From: Haliotis cracherodii
Lineage: Eukaryota
Reading direction: 5' to 3'
NCBI RefSeq assembly: GCF_022045235.1
Contig: NW_027266297.1
Coordinates: 30,132,001 to 30,196,000, forward strand
Length of the DNA: 64,000 nt
The notes under the pieces are model-generated. The model was given only the letters and a program-made list of their open reading frames with translations, did no database searches and had not been told where the DNA came from. Made by a program: the position numbers and the translations under genes. Below are positions 1-14,230 of the stretch, in pieces (the stretch's first letter is position 1; every line of letters begins with the position of its first letter).

Positions 1-39
1 TACTCACTCACTTAGTGGATGTCATGACATGTCTCAGCA

Positions 40-85
40 CATATGCACAAACCCTCTTTCCTGCATTGAGTGACACTTCTACATC

Positions 86-151
<66 letters not shown>

Positions 152-231
152 CGTGTGTGCGCGCGCTACTCATCCTCCGCATATGTACAAACCCTCTTTC
201 CTACACAGAGTGACACTTCTACATCGGTGTG

Positions 232-305
<74 letters not shown>

Positions 306-365
306 CTACTCATCCTCCGCATATGTACAAACCCTCTTTCCTGCACAGAGTAAGTGACACTTCTG
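40..365. repeat. ~140-bp tandem duplication carrying (GT)n/(GCGT)n microsatellites
   Basis: atatg(c/t)acaaaccctctttcct...gtgacacttct occurs three times. Confidence 0.85.
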
Positions 366-1128
366 CATTAGGTTTGACAGTCGGTATCTTCAGAGAATGC
401 TGAATTATATAAAAGGCGACTATGCTTGTCGTAAGAGGCGACTACGGGATCGGGTGGTCAGTTTCGCCCACTTGGTTGATGCATATCCCAATTGCGTGGA
501 TCTGGTCCAGACTCGATTATTTACAGACCGCCGTCATATAGCTGGAATAATCCTGAGCCACATACCGGCGTTAGTGTGTTGAAGCAATCATGGAACAAAA
601 CCAGCTTTTCTTTTGACGAAATCCCTTGTCTGTTTCAGAAGATGAACACATCAAGTTATCGAACATAATCCCCAAGAAATTCGGACTAAAATAAATTACA
701 CGGAATAGATAAAATAATGGTTTATTGCGACATATTGATGTCCTACTGGATGTGATTTGTGTAATAATAGACAAAAGACTAATTACATCCGTGTGGTTAT
801 GTCTGAAACACGAGACCTGCTAAAGTAATTTTTCGACAGGACCACTAACTCAGCAAATAGAATGTGTTCATTACGTTCGAGAGAGTTATTGCCGGCAGCT
901 TCCGGTTACAGAACAAATGCTTCCTGACAGGTTCTCGCCTCTTAACTGGATTACATCTTTTGCATCAGGAAGTGGAATTCCCAAACGTGACATCTCAAAC
1001 GTGCATAAGTTGTTTCCAATGGCAAGGATGGATAGTGTGGTATTGTGTAGTCAGTAACATTAAGCTATTTAGCTATAAACGTACCTTAACAGGCTAAACC
1101 AGTGGTCAATATCATGAGCATCGCACTA

Positions 1129-1407
1129 GTGAGTGAGTGAGTTGGCTTTAACTCCGCTTTAAACAGTATCCCAGTCATATCGCGGCTTGTCAGCTTAATG
1201 TGGGAGGAAAGCCCGAAGTGATGTAGGTACCAGACGTTTACCACTTCGGTGAAACCCATGAGCACGGGTATGGTGCTGACAAACCTAGAAACATAATCGG
1301 GGCGAACCGGGATTCGAACCCACAATCATAGGTTTCTGGCGTGCCCAAGGGACGCAAGTCTGCACAGCGAATCGCGGCGCCTTAGGCGACTGGGCCACCC
1401 GTGCCCC
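1129..1407 (-). mobile_element. SINE family B (tRNA-Leu/Ser-like head)
   Basis: ggcccagtcg(t/c)ctaaggcgcc...gggttcgaatccc; TSD tgagcatcgc. Confidence 0.9.
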
Positions 1408-1551
1408 TGAGCATCGCTCTAACTGGGTTGAGTACAAGGGACGCTATCAATTCCCCTAACTCTGACAGGAAGGTGGTTAAGTCAATGGGAAGCATTGTGT
1501 TTTGGGGCATTGCGTGCCATTTGAAGAAAGCGTAATAATATTGAGGGTTTA

Positions 1552-1721
1552 GTGAGTGAGTGAGTGAGTATGGTTTTACACCGCTTTTAGCAATATTCCA
1601 GCAATATCACGGCGGGGGACACCAGAAATGGGCTTCACACATTGTACCAATGTCGGTAATCGAACCCGGGTCTTCGGCGTGACGAGCTAACGCTTTAACC
1701 ACTAGGCTACCCGAGCGCCCC
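1552..1721 (-). mobile_element. SINE family A (tRNA-Asp-like head)
   Basis: A box tagcctagtgg, B box ggttcgatt, (ACTC)n tail, TSD agggtttag. Confidence 0.9.
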
Positions 1722-1990
1722 TTAGGGTTTAGGGGTAGACATAAACTAACATTTATTCTCCAAAATATTTAAGATTTGCTTTTGCTGATTTTTGTTTTAA
1801 GGTTTGTTTGAGAGACTCTACTGTACAGTATGAGAACCGGCACATTTCGGGGCGAGTGGTTTTTGTAGCTTATAACGACATCTGAAAAAGTGGTCCATCC
1901 AAATGTTTCACTTGCCTCAAGAGAATCTATCTCAATGCATGAGAACAACCAGTCTTGATAATCCGCCGAAACAGATTCCAAATGGCTTAA

Positions 1991-2164
1991 GGGGCGGTCG
2001 GGTAGCCTAGTGGTTAAAGCGTTCGCTCGTCACGCCGAAGACCCGGTTTCGATTCCCGACATGGGTACAATGTGTGAAGCCCATTTCTGGTGTCCCCCGC
2101 CGTGATATTGCTGGAATATTGCTAAAAGCGGCGTAAAACCATACTCACACACACACACACACAC
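1991..2164 (+). mobile_element. SINE family A
   Basis: Full copy; TSD atggcttaa. Confidence 0.9.
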
Positions 2165-4687
2165 CATATGGCTTAAAGGGGGAAATACCTGTGCAAAAGT
2201 GTAAAATTATTATCTGTGGTTTTAAATTAACTTTGTACCACACACTAATATATGCCTAATCAACTGACATAGAGAAAACAGCACATTCCCCCTCACTCCA
2301 GACATATTTCAGCTGTGTCACAGCAAATTCCTCTCTGCGCTCTTCACGCCGATAATATCAAGACTTGATGAAGCTTCGGCCAACAGCGATGAGCCTAACG
2401 TTAAAAACAATTGCGTACAACTTTCCAGGCCTCAAAAAAACCGTTCAGATTTGTTTTGTTGCACAACACATATCTCTCCCCTAAATTAAAACAATTGAGT
2501 TTCCTGATGCTGATTTCATAGTGGGTTAGAGCTGGCTACAGCTGGCTAGACTTGCTATTATATTAATCTAGACTGGTTTCGTTTTCATATAATATTTTGT
2601 TTTTGTTTATACGGTATGAATGGAAATAATATTTAATATTTATTATATAATGTACATTATGTATATCTACCTCTCATAATTATAGTTATATTTATTCCCA
2701 CATGTAGATAGTTTTACCCTACCCTACGAGGGTATTCTGTACGATAAAAATTCTTGATCCTTGATTCTTTTACCATACATATTCCACAGTCATGGGGCAG
2801 GACGAGAATACTCTGAAGGGGATTCATAAACACAAGTATTATTAATCCGAAATGATACAATACATTTCTCTCTTCTAAAATTAAAACAAAAAATCCTAAT
2901 GCTGATTTCATTGGAAGAGAGCTGGCTAGAGCTGACGAGATTTGCTATTGTTTATATACATCTAGATTGGTTTTGGTTTTTGAAATAAATATATTCTACA
3001 TTCATGGGACAGGACTACTGTGGTGTGTCTGAAGGTAGGATTGTTATTTTATTCTCAGAAGTATTCCAGCTACACGACCGCAGTTGTACATCAAGGAGTA
3101 CCCCTAGTTCATCGTATAACATTGCTTGCTGGCAGCAATGTCTGCTTGACAGTTACGAGCCAGCACTCAGCGTGTTTGTCTGACACGACGTGTGGGCGCC
3201 TGTTCCTGTGTTTCAGCTCTTGTTACCCCGGCGACGCCGTTCATGTACCGGTTCACTGACAAGCTGCACACTTATTATGAGGGGGGATTTCACCTATATT
3301 TTCACTATACATCGACTCGGTTATCAGGTCAAACACCCGTCTTCACCGTACACAGCAGGTTACAATAGGCACCGATCTTTGTGTTTGGGTTTTCACAATT
3401 TGGTCTACTTTAATTATTATTTAAGTTTAATGCAAGAGTACTGCTGTACGGAGTCAGGGAACAAATAAAAGTAAGTATTATTTATGCAAATTGTGTGAAC
3501 TGTGGTACTACCGGTGGGGCAGGACATGCTTACCCTGTTCGACAACACCTGGTGTCAACACTGATTTTCAGTGGCCCAATCATATAGTTTTCAAAGCTAT
3601 TTTCCTTTTAAGTGAAATAGAATTTGTTTAGGGGAATCAAGACAGGTTGTTCAAGAGCATTGACATTTTATATTTAATTATAAAAACATATATCAAAATA
3701 TAAAATAATATATATAATGTTTATCTATCAAACGATAATTTAAGCTCTACATAGTATAAATATTAAAATGGGAGTATATACACCTCCCTAAAATGCGTCA
3801 TGAATTAAATGCAACAAGCCCAACCTTTCAAAAAATATCATCCATTTCATTTTGAAAGCACACACTCAAGATAACAGTTACATCGGTGAAATGTTATTGT
3901 TCACAGCAGGAGCTGTTCCTCCATCTAAGTTGAACGTGTTTTGTTAAAATAAGCTTAGTATGTTAGGTCAAGGCTCAACACGTCCACGATATTACGGGAC
4001 ACAGTTGTGATTGTTTCAAATGTGTTATCAGTGACTGGAATATAGGCTTACATTTTTCATTATTCGTATGTTTGGTTAGAAACTATTTCAGCTAAATGTG
4101 TACTTATTATAGTAGCGTTACAATGGAACGCGGTTGTAGTGGGGGCCTGTTGTAACAGAATCACCCCTGTGGTGCAAATAGACAAGGAGCCGGGGTTAAA
4201 GGTAACATTGATTCTTGTAGCATCACATGCACTGATAACATGTATTATTTGTACGTCTATAACATATCAAAATATGAGACACAAGCACAATACGGCCGTT
4301 AGTAATATTATGCAGGATTATTTCTACCATTGATTTTCTAATGAATAATTAAAAGCGTAATTACTGGAGATAATCTATTTATGAACATTACAATAAGCAT
4401 AGCGTTGCTATAAGGCTATGCTGAAAGAAAAATCCATGGATGCGTGGTAATTCTATCCACCAAATAGGCAAGTCTAGATATGTGGACAGTGACTAAAGGA
4501 CTCTGGTCTCTTATAGAGACATCTTGTCCTTATTATTTACATGATCTAGAACTTATGGTTAGAATTAATAATTATTGCCTTAGAGACGTGTGCAAGTCTA
4601 CTATTATATGCAGTTCGTTTCGGGGTAAGTTCGTTCATTAGGATCAAATTATCGATGGGCGTGTCCAATAGCATCGCGTATTGAAAG

Positions 4688-4688
<1 letters not shown>

Positions 4689-4735
<47 letters not shown>
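4689..4735. repeat. (AC)n microsatellite
   Basis: Seen directly. Confidence 0.95.
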
Positions 4736-4740
<5 letters not shown>

Positions 4741-5784
4741 TATGAAGTGCATCCTGTGTGAGAAAGGAGAGACAGACTGAGAGAGAGAATATGGACACAA
4801 TAATTTGGCAGTGACCCTGAAGAGGGACAAGTAAGTATAGAACACGCGTAAGACACATGTTATATTACAACACGCATATAACACGCCGGAGGAACAATTG
4901 CTATACATCTCCATGAAGACAGTAACGAGCGGTGCTAGATAACCGCTATTCCGAAGCTACAAGTAAATTAGTTCTTCCCACTCTGTTGCAATTCCAGGAC
5001 TTTAAATGCAATCAAAATCAATACAATGTCACCTCAAGGATTTGTCTTTAAACGTCTTTAAATCTGTTTTTTTTTAAACCTGACATATTTGTCGATATCG
5101 GGCATGATCCGACGTGTGTTTTTTTATTTCAATCTACTCGTGTTGGCAACATCAATAGTATTTCACGGAATCCTGTTTTCTCAACTGCGTTCTAGAACGT
5201 AAAGGTACAGAGCACCAGATGGGTCTAAAAATAGTCAATTTGTGAAACTCGAAACCCATAGAAATAAACTGCAGGCACTGACTGCACATTCTTAACACTC
5301 AGGTTAGTAAAACGAATGTAATATACTCAAACCCCATGCCACAGGTCCTTACAGAAGACACACATACCTCCAATTGTCCAAAACTGAACCTGGTCCTAAC
5401 GAAGATAGTCGGTAACACGGCAAACCGGAAGCAACGAGCAGCAGACGACACCTTCCAGGCGCATTGACCTCTTATGGGAAACACAAGCACTTGGCGGAGG
5501 AATACCGTTGAGCGGGGGATGAGCACACGTGTCTGTTTCAATGAAAACGTGGGCTGGCAATGAGTGTACCCTGACCGTGAACACGATGTCGGGAATGTTG
5601 GCGCTGCACGCTGCTGTTATGACATCATCCTCGTGAGGCGAGGGTTACGTCACAGGCGTCAGGCAATGGGCACAAGGTCAAGCTAATCATACAGGGTTAG
5701 AATTTCATGGCGTTAAGTACCATTAAGTGAGGTAATGTGAAATGGGGTTTAACGTCGCGTCCAAGATTATTGCACTTATAAAGC

Positions 5785-5787
<3 letters not shown>

Positions 5788-5857
<70 letters not shown>
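5788..5857. repeat. (GT)n microsatellite within a family D fragment
   Basis: Seen directly. Confidence 0.95.
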
Positions 5858-5861
<4 letters not shown>

Positions 5862-6369
5862 TGACCAGCCGCTAACGCTTTTGATCCTATTCTATACACG
5901 ATGTCATTACATTTATTAACACGCTCATACAGATACAGCCATTTGTGCCAATAATTTTCAAAAATGTGGATCAGTTGCATTACAGAGATAATAAATGTCC
6001 CAAAATGCTTCTTTAAATAACTCGAATTTTGACTGACGACTTCATACAAGATGTCTAACTCTTGTCTTTATTTTCTAAAAATACTGAGTATCAAATACAT
6101 ACCACAGGTTAAGTGTACGTTGCAACCATCAGCATTGACACATAAATTTGTTTGATATATGATTCTATAAATAATGACTTATTTCATCATTTCTTTTTAA
6201 TTAGTTGGATATGAATGATAAATTGTTAGGCTTATTTTATGCTGATCATTCCGAAAACAAAACATCTACGTTTTATAGGTTATCGAGAATATTACACTGT
6301 CGTGCAACACGGAGACGTCTTGACCAGTTCGTACGGAAGCCTTTTAGGGCCATTTGTTAGTTATATACT

Positions 6370-6600
6370 AACTTGAAATGTCAAGATGTTATGTTGAAAT
6401 TTCAAGATAATGATATTGAAATTTCAAGATATTACGTCGAAATTTTAAGATTACAACTTGAACTTTCAACTTATTATCTTGAAATTTCAAGATACTAAGT
6501 TGAAATTTCCAGATGCTATGTTGAAATTTCAAAGTGCTATGTTGAAATTTTAAGATGGTAAGTTGAAATTTCAAAATGCTATGTTGAAATTTCAAGATAC
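6370..6600. repeat. 21-bp tandem repeat with palindromic core TTGAAATTTCAA, about 11 copies
   Basis: gttgaaatttcaagatgctat repeated. Confidence 0.85.
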
Positions 6601-8478
6601 ATCCTGGCGTCCTTACTGTCCGCTTATCCAGACTTGCCTATTGTAAGGATAGAATTACTACACACCCATGGACTTATCACTCCGTACGGCCTTGGAGCAA
6701 GGCTAACAGTATGTGTGTAATACAATCTGCGAGCTGGTCTGTAGGTGTGTAACTCGATATGGAAGAGTCAGCCTATCGATCTTCTGTGTCGGTGTCTAAT
6801 TCCACACAGTGAAGGTCGGTCTTCTCAGACTGCCTCTCATCTGCACGTTCATCCCCAGCATATAGTCCAGATATATAATTGTGTATATTATTTTAATAAT
6901 ATAATACAATGAAGAAATGCTGGAGTAGCTTCATAAGGTGAGAATTGGATGCTAGAACTGAAAGGATGATAATTGCTTTACAACATATACGCTCTACGGT
7001 TTGTAAGGGGATAAACACCTCCCCTACTTACCCGATTCCCGTATCAATATTATTTACACCAACATTCAATCTACGAAAATATGTGGCTGTGTTGTTTGTT
7101 TTGAAGAGTGATGTACTGGAATATAATTGGTAGCTTTCAGTATAATCCATATGTTCAAGGAAGACAGGATAAAATTCCAACATACCTACTCTGATGATTC
7201 CTGCTATACTAATTATATAAAGTGACGTGAAGAGAAATGAGCTTTAACGTCGCGTTCAAAATTTTTGCACTTACATAGCGACGTGCATGCACACGTGTGT
7301 ATATTTTTGTGCCAGGCCGGACTTTTTTCGGTTTTATAGTTCTCGCCCACTGAGAAAACATGCCCCAATTCAGCATGGATATCACACAAAACACATGTAA
7401 AATACTCTGTGCCGACTAGTCCTTGCTCTACCCTCTTAATGCGAGCGCCAGGCAGGTTAATAACAAGTACCACCAGAGACCATAAAATGAAAATGGTCTC
7501 TGGCAACATCTTTTACCGTCTTTGGTATGATGCGGCCAGGGTATCGAACCATTGACCTTTATCTCGCCAGGCACAGCGTATTGGATGAAGTTCATTGACA
7601 AGGAAAACTGTTAAACACAGACGTGGATTGGTCAGTTATATTTATTACTTGCCCGTGAAGAGATCACCCGTTTAATAAACATACAGCTGTATTACACATT
7701 GTGTAATAACAAAACGCCTGCTGATGTACACTCCGAACACGTTTCTGGAACACATATTGAAAGCTCTCAACATCCCTTGGCTTATTCAACGACATTGCGT
7801 GTGGAGATGATAGATCACTGAGAGGAGCTTATGCACACTCGCTTTCGCTCGTCACATACCACAACTATTCACTGGTTTCATAAAGTTGGTATTACACGGG
7901 AGCTCGTTTAGTATTCTATATTTATGTGACGCTCAGTTAGTTCACACTGAAGTGTACTTGTTACAGTTCGAGAACTAGTAGGGAAAACACAACACAGGCC
8001 TAAAATGTGTCAATTAGAATACAACAGTGGCATGTTGAGCCTGAATATATGAATACGGACATTTCCGATAATTCGTTACTCAGTAAGAACCGGTAAGACG
8101 CACATAGAACAGCTTCCGCCCCGTGACAGTCGGCGCGGTAGCTATAGGGTCCTTAGCTCGATGGAGTGGAGTCATGGACTAAAAATTGAACAGCTTAGCC
8201 CTTGAAGATGAAGAACACTATCTGATGTCTTTTATTAAATATTTAGATGTAGGGCACTCCCTGTTTAATTCCCTTTCCTTAAAAAATAATTATTAAGCCA
8301 TAACATCAACGACATTTTTAATCTATTTTATTTCAAATAATGAACCAGGCAACAAAGAAATAATCTGTGTATAACTTCAAATAAATTTGAAATACTTATT
8401 ATAGATACTCCAAGGTCAAAACATAATAATTTGTATACTAGGTACTTTGTATTGTTATCCTCACTTCTTATGTATCTT

Positions 8479-8758
8479 GGGGCACGGGTGGCCCAGTCGT
8501 CTAAGACGCCGCGATTCACTGTGCAGTGTTGCGTCCCTTGGGCACGCCAGAAACCTATGATTGTGGGTTCGAATCCCGGTTCGCCCCAATTATGTTTCTA
8601 GGTTTGTCAGCACCATACCAGTGCTCGTGGGTTTCACCGAAGTGGTAAACGTCTGGTACCTGCATCACTTAGGGCTTTCCTCCCACATTAAGCTGACACG
8701 CCGTGATATGACTGGAATAATGTTAGAAGCGGCGTTAAACCCAACTCACTCACTCACT
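8479..8758 (+). mobile_element. SINE family B
   Basis: Full copy. Confidence 0.9.
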
Positions 8759-8991
8759 CTTATCTATCTGTTTATATAGTTTATAAAATATTGTCACAGT
8801 TTCACTAGGCATCATCACCTGTATGTCCAACTGTATCACTTCTTGAGCAATTAAACTGAGTGTTTTCTTTGTTGTTTCAAGTTAAGTGAAGCATCAATGT
8901 TTGCTTCGTTTGCTAATTATCAAAGAGCGAATGAATGTGTTGTATGCCGCAGAACCGGACGTTTCTGATACAACATAACATCCTGCAAATT

Positions 8992-9258
8992 GTTGTTGTT
9001 GGTTTGTTGTTTAACGCCGCACTCAGCAATATTCCAGCTATGTGACGGCGGTCTGTAAATAATCGAGTCTGGACCAGACAATCTAGTGATCGATATCATG
9101 AGCATCGATCCACGCAATTGGGATCGATGACGTGCATCAACCAAGTCAGCGAGCCTGGCCACCCGATACCGTTAGTTGCCTTTTACGACAAGCATAGTCA
9201 CCTTTTACGGCAAGCAAGGGTTGCAGATGACCTGTTCTACCCCGGAATCTTCACGGGT
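8992..9258 (-). mobile_element. Retroposon family C (no tRNA head)
   Basis: TSD tcctgcaaat; (AAC)n tail. Confidence 0.88.
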
Positions 9259-9324
9259 CTCCTGCAAATAAGTGGTTGAGCAACGATTCAACGATGCCCT
9301 AAAAAACAACCAGTCAGAAAAGAT

Positions 9325-9500
9325 ATTACCACTAGTCGACCAACAGACTAGTTCTTCTATCGGGAAGATCACACAATAGTCATACAGACCCTTAAACAAA
9401 TATATCAAATACAGCCCATGCAAGTCTATACTATTTTGCAAGTTTAGATTACTGCAGTATCTGAAAATGGAGAGAGTCTCAGGGCTCCTTTTTATTATAT
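9325..9500 (-). repeat. Local dispersed repeat, also at about 11445-11540, 11660-11780 and 16540-16660 on +
   Basis: Shared tgcagtaatctagacttgc...atgggctgtat...cagggtctgt. Confidence 0.7.
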
Positions 9501-9599
9501 GTCATAACTATAATTTAACAGCGTTTTATCGGTAAAATATGTTCATTTCTAGACTAGATGTTTGTCTAATCACACAGGGGAGGTTCTAATATGTTGGTC

Positions 9600-9838
9600 C
9601 CCCCAAGATCCGGGTAGGAATGGGTCTTCAGGGAACCCATGATTGTCGTAAGAGACGACTGACTTCATCGGGTGGTCAGGCTCGCTGACTTGGGTGATGC
9701 ATGTCATCGTATCCGAATTGCGTAGATCGTTGTTCAAGATGTCAATCAATGGATTTTCTAGACCAGATAGATTATTTACAAACCGCCGACCTCAAGCTGG
9801 AATATTGCTGAATGCGGCGTTAAACAACAAATAAAGAA
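9600..9838 (+). mobile_element. Retroposon family C, single-hairpin variant
   Basis: Diverged copy. Confidence 0.8.
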
Positions 9839-10778
9839 ATTTAAAATGTTGACGTTATTGAGTTTAATGAGTTGTTTTTATATTTCAGCTCTTTATGACT
9901 GATGACTATAAGTGAATGTATTAAACACAACAGAGTGGAGAGTCAGATTCGAGTGCCTCTGACTTTTGGCCAAGAACCATGATGAGCGTTGTTTCTTTAA
10001 CCAATGCAGATTCCATAAAGATTTACGTCATTCGCTCTTAATTATAGCACAAGTCAAATAGCCCCCTTTTTTACATATGAATGGAATATGTTTACAATCT
10101 ATTTTAGCCACTACTATTTTTAAAATGTTGAAAAGAAGACAAACGATGACGTACAGAAATTATAGTGAGTGAGTATGGTTTGACGCCGCTTTTAGCAATA
10201 TTCCAGTAATATCACGGCGGGGGACACCAGAAATGGGCTTCACACATTGTACCCATGTCGGGAATCGAACCCGGGTATTCATTCTTATATGATAGCTTTT
10301 ATCAATTGTATTGTTTGATTTCATACCAACTAATTATTCAGTGTTGTTTATAATACAAAATTTGTTTTAGATATGTTATAAGTTCATCGAATTTATTTTT
10401 GTAAAGGAAATTAGGTTCAATAAAAAAAATAAATTTATATCAATGATTTTTTTCTTATTTTTGTCCAAGGACTCGTGAGCTGGCGCCCAACTTCGGTCGA
10501 TGTATATGATGTTTCATAAAGACATAACAAACTAAGACTTCTGTTCTATCAGCTGCGGGTTTTGAAAGCAAAAACTATAGAATTGTGTACATTATCTTAC
10601 TCAAATTTATATACTATGTAGCGGGCAGTATGATATATTATAACATTGTGATTTTTCATATCAAACTTTCCACTTCGTGTATGCAGAAATCACGTACTTT
10701 CATCTCAGCGTGATACAGATACTTATCATCGAAGTCCATGACCCAGATAACGCTGATTCAGCAGCATTCTAAAGTTCT

Positions 10779-11062
10779 GGGGGAACGGGTGGCCCATTCG
10801 TCTAAGGCGCCGCGATTCGCTGTGCATAGTTGCATCCCTTGGGCACGCCAGAAACCTATGATTGTGGGTTCGAATCCCGGTTCTCCCCAATTATGTTTCT
10901 AGGTTTGTCAGCACCATACCAGTGCTCGTGGGTTTCACCGAAGTGGTAAACGTCTTAGAACTGCATCACTTCGGGCTTTCCTCCCACATTAAGCTGACAC
11001 GCCGTGATATAACTGGAATAATGTTAAAAGCGGGGTGAAACCCAACTCACTCACTCACTCAC
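10779..11062 (+). mobile_element. SINE family B
   Basis: Full copy. Confidence 0.9.
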
Positions 11063-11899
11063 TTCTAAAAATCTGTTCCCCGGTGTTAGCGTCCTTGTGT
11101 CGTGGTTACTGTGATGTAGCATGCAGTAGTTTCCAGCATGCGCTTCAAACCCTTTGAAAAACAATCAATTTGGTCCCAGTACGTCATGTGTGTCCCAACG
11201 AGGGGCACCAAGGCTTATTGGTTTTCTTGAACCCTTGGTTGTCTGGACGGTTTTCAATTTGGTAACACACCTCCTCTGTTAGTAATGTTGAGGCTGAGAT
11301 GATTGGGGAAAGAGTTGTCGCTTTGATGTCACGCCGCTGAAAAAAAACACCCGTCAGTCTGATTGTCTGGTAGACTAACATCTAGTCTCTGAAATGAACT
11401 TATTTTACAGATTAAAACAGTTTTTACATTATCTTAAAATATAATAAAGAGGAGCCTAGAGACTCTGATATTGCAGTAATCTAGACTTGCCAAACATTAT
11501 AGATTTGCATGGGCTGTATCAGGGTCTGTAAGACAGACTAGTGGAATGTATATAGAGAATGATATTTCTTTTACTAAAAGCCTAGATCAAACTTAACCAA
11601 GTCTAGTTCCATTGATTCGACAGCGGGTTGGTTCTTTTGACTTTAAAATAGTTATGAAATATAATAAAAGAGACCCACTTTATTTTCTGATACTGCAGTA
11701 ATCTAGATGTGCTAAATATTATCGACTTTCATGGGCTGTCTTGGATATATTTGTTTCAGGGTCTGTGTGACAGACTAATTGTCTGGTTTCTATGCAGGCC
11801 GCCGTCTCATGGCAGGAGCTCTGCGTCAGGCAACAAACACTTTTTTAATGAAAATTGTATGAGTGGCGGGTCCTGCCGGTAGGTCAGGCAGGCTTGCTC

Positions 11900-11901
<2 letters not shown>

Positions 11902-11979
<78 letters not shown>
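11902..11979. repeat. (GT)n microsatellite within a family D fragment
   Basis: Seen directly. Confidence 0.95.
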
Positions 11980-11983
<4 letters not shown>

Positions 11984-12036
11984 GCCGATTTTATAGTCCC
12001 ACTCAGATACCATACCGCAGTTCAACATGAATACCC

Positions 12037-14230
12037 CAAATTCCTACAAAGCGAAGGTGAATGATATTCCTACAATCCCTACAATGTTGATGTGTAATTC
12101 CTACAAAGGTGCATGATATTCCTAAAATCCCTGCAATGTTGATGTGTAATTCCTTCAAAGGTACATGATATTCCGACAATCCCTGCAATGTTGATGTGTA
12201 ATTCCTTCAAAGGTACATGATATTCCTACAATCCCTACAATGTTGATGTGTAATTCCTTCAAAGGTGCATGATATTCCTGCAATCCCTGCAATGTTGATG
12301 TGTAATTCCTTCAAAGGTACATGATATTCCTACAATCCCTACAATGTTGATGTGTAATTCCTTCAAAGGTACATGATATTCCTACAATCCCTACAATGTT
12401 GATGTGTAATTCCTTCAAAGGTACATGATATTCCTACAATCCCTGCTATGTTGATTTGTAATTCTTTCAAAGGTACATGATATTCCTACAATCCCTACAA
12501 TGTTGATTTGTAATTCCTTCAAAGGTACATGATATTCCTACAATCCCTACAATGTTGATGTGTAATTCCTTCAAAGGTACATGATATTCCTACAATCCCT
12601 ACAATGTTGATTTGTAATTCCTTCAAAGGTAAATGATATTCCTACAATTCCTACAATGTTGATTTGTAATTCCTTCAAAGGTACATGATATTCCTACAAT
12701 TCCTACAATGTTGATTTGTAATTCCTTCAAAGGTACATGATATTCCTACAATCCCTACAATGTTGATTTGTAATTCCTTCAAAGGTACATGATATTCCTG
12801 CAATCCCTGCAATGTTGATGTGTAATTCCTTCAAAGGTACATGATATTCCTACAATCCCTGCAATGTTGATTTGTAATTCCTTCAAAGGTACATGATATT
12901 CCTACAATCCCTGCAATGTTGATGTGTAATTCCTACAAAGGTACATGATATTCCGACAATCCCTGCAATGTTGATGTGTAATTCCTTCAAAGGTACATGA
13001 TATTCCTACAATCCCTGCAATGTTGATGTGTAATTCCTTCAAAGGTACATGATATTCCTACAATCCCTGCAATGTTGATGTGTAATTCCTTCAAATGTAC
13101 ATGATATTCCTACAATCCCTACAATGTTGATTTGTAATTCCTTCAAAGGTACATGATATTCCTGCAATCCCTACAATGTTGATGTGTAATTCCTTCAAAG
13201 GTACATGATATTCCTACAATCCCTGCAATGTTGATGTGTAATTCCTTCAAATGTACATGATATTCCTACAATCCCTACAATGTTGATGTGTAATTCCTAC
13301 AAAGGTGCATGATATTCCGACAATCCCTGCAATGTTGATGTGTAATTCCTTCAAAGGTACATGATATTCCTGCAATCCCTGCAATGTTGATGTGTAATTC
13401 CTTAAAATGTACATGATATTCCTACAATCCCTACAATGTTGATTTGTAATTCCTACAAAGGTGTATGATATTCCGACAATCCCTACAATGTTGATGTGTA
13501 ATTCCTACAAAGGTGCATGATATTCCTAAAATCCCTGCAATTTTGATGTGTAATTCCTACAAAGGTGCATGATATCCCTACAATCCCTACAATGTTGATG
13601 TGTAATTCCTTCAAAGGTGTATGATATTCCGACAATCCCTACAATGTTGATGTGTAATTCCTTCAAAGGTGTATGATATTCCTGCAATCCCTGCAATGTT
13701 GATGTGTAATTCCTTCAAAGGTGTATGATATTCCTGCAATCCCTACAATGTTGATGTGTAATTCCTACAAAGGTGTATGATATTCCGACAATCCCTACAA
13801 TGTTGATGTGTAATTCCTACAAAGGTGCATGATATTCCTACAATCCCTACAATGTTGATGTGTAATTCCTACAAAGGTGCATGATATTCCTGCAATCCCT
13901 ACAATGTTGATGTGTAATTCCTACAAAGGTGCATGCTATTCCGACAATCCCTACAATGTTGATGTGTATTTCCTACACAGATGCTTGACATTCCTACAAT
14001 GTTGATGTGTAATTCCTTCAAAGGTACATGATATTCCTACAATCCCTACAATGTTGATGTGTATTTCCTACAAAGATGCTTGACATTCCTATAATGTTGA
14101 TGTGTAATTCCTTCAAAGGTACATGATATTCCGACAATCCCTACAATGTTGATGTGTAATTCCTACAAAGGTGCATGATATTCCTACAATCCCTACAATG
14201 TTGATGTGTAATTCCTACAAAGATGCTTGC
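12037..14230 (+). repeat. 52-bp satellite array, about 41 copies
   Basis: Unit tattcctacaatccctacaatgttgatgtgtaattccttcaaaggtacatga; period 52 (12481 to 12533). Confidence 0.95.

Noticed and set aside
15-403. CV-repeat ORFs (and other CV/HT ORFs)
   Set aside because: (GT)n microsatellite artefacts.
3500-3570. Penelope-like terminal motif or hammerhead ribozyme
   Set aside because: Only faint resemblance (ggggcaggacatgcttaccct); no CTGANGA...GAAA core with stems found.
4139-4201. MGACCNRITPV... myristoylation-like exon followed by gtaac
   Set aside because: Starts with GTG, not ATG, and no downstream exon was identifiable.
5400-5670. GC-rich patch as a coding exon
   Set aside because: No long frame with a recognisable motif or convincing splice sites.
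12037-14230. Possible CRISPR array
   Set aside because: No unique spacers; ordinary satellite.
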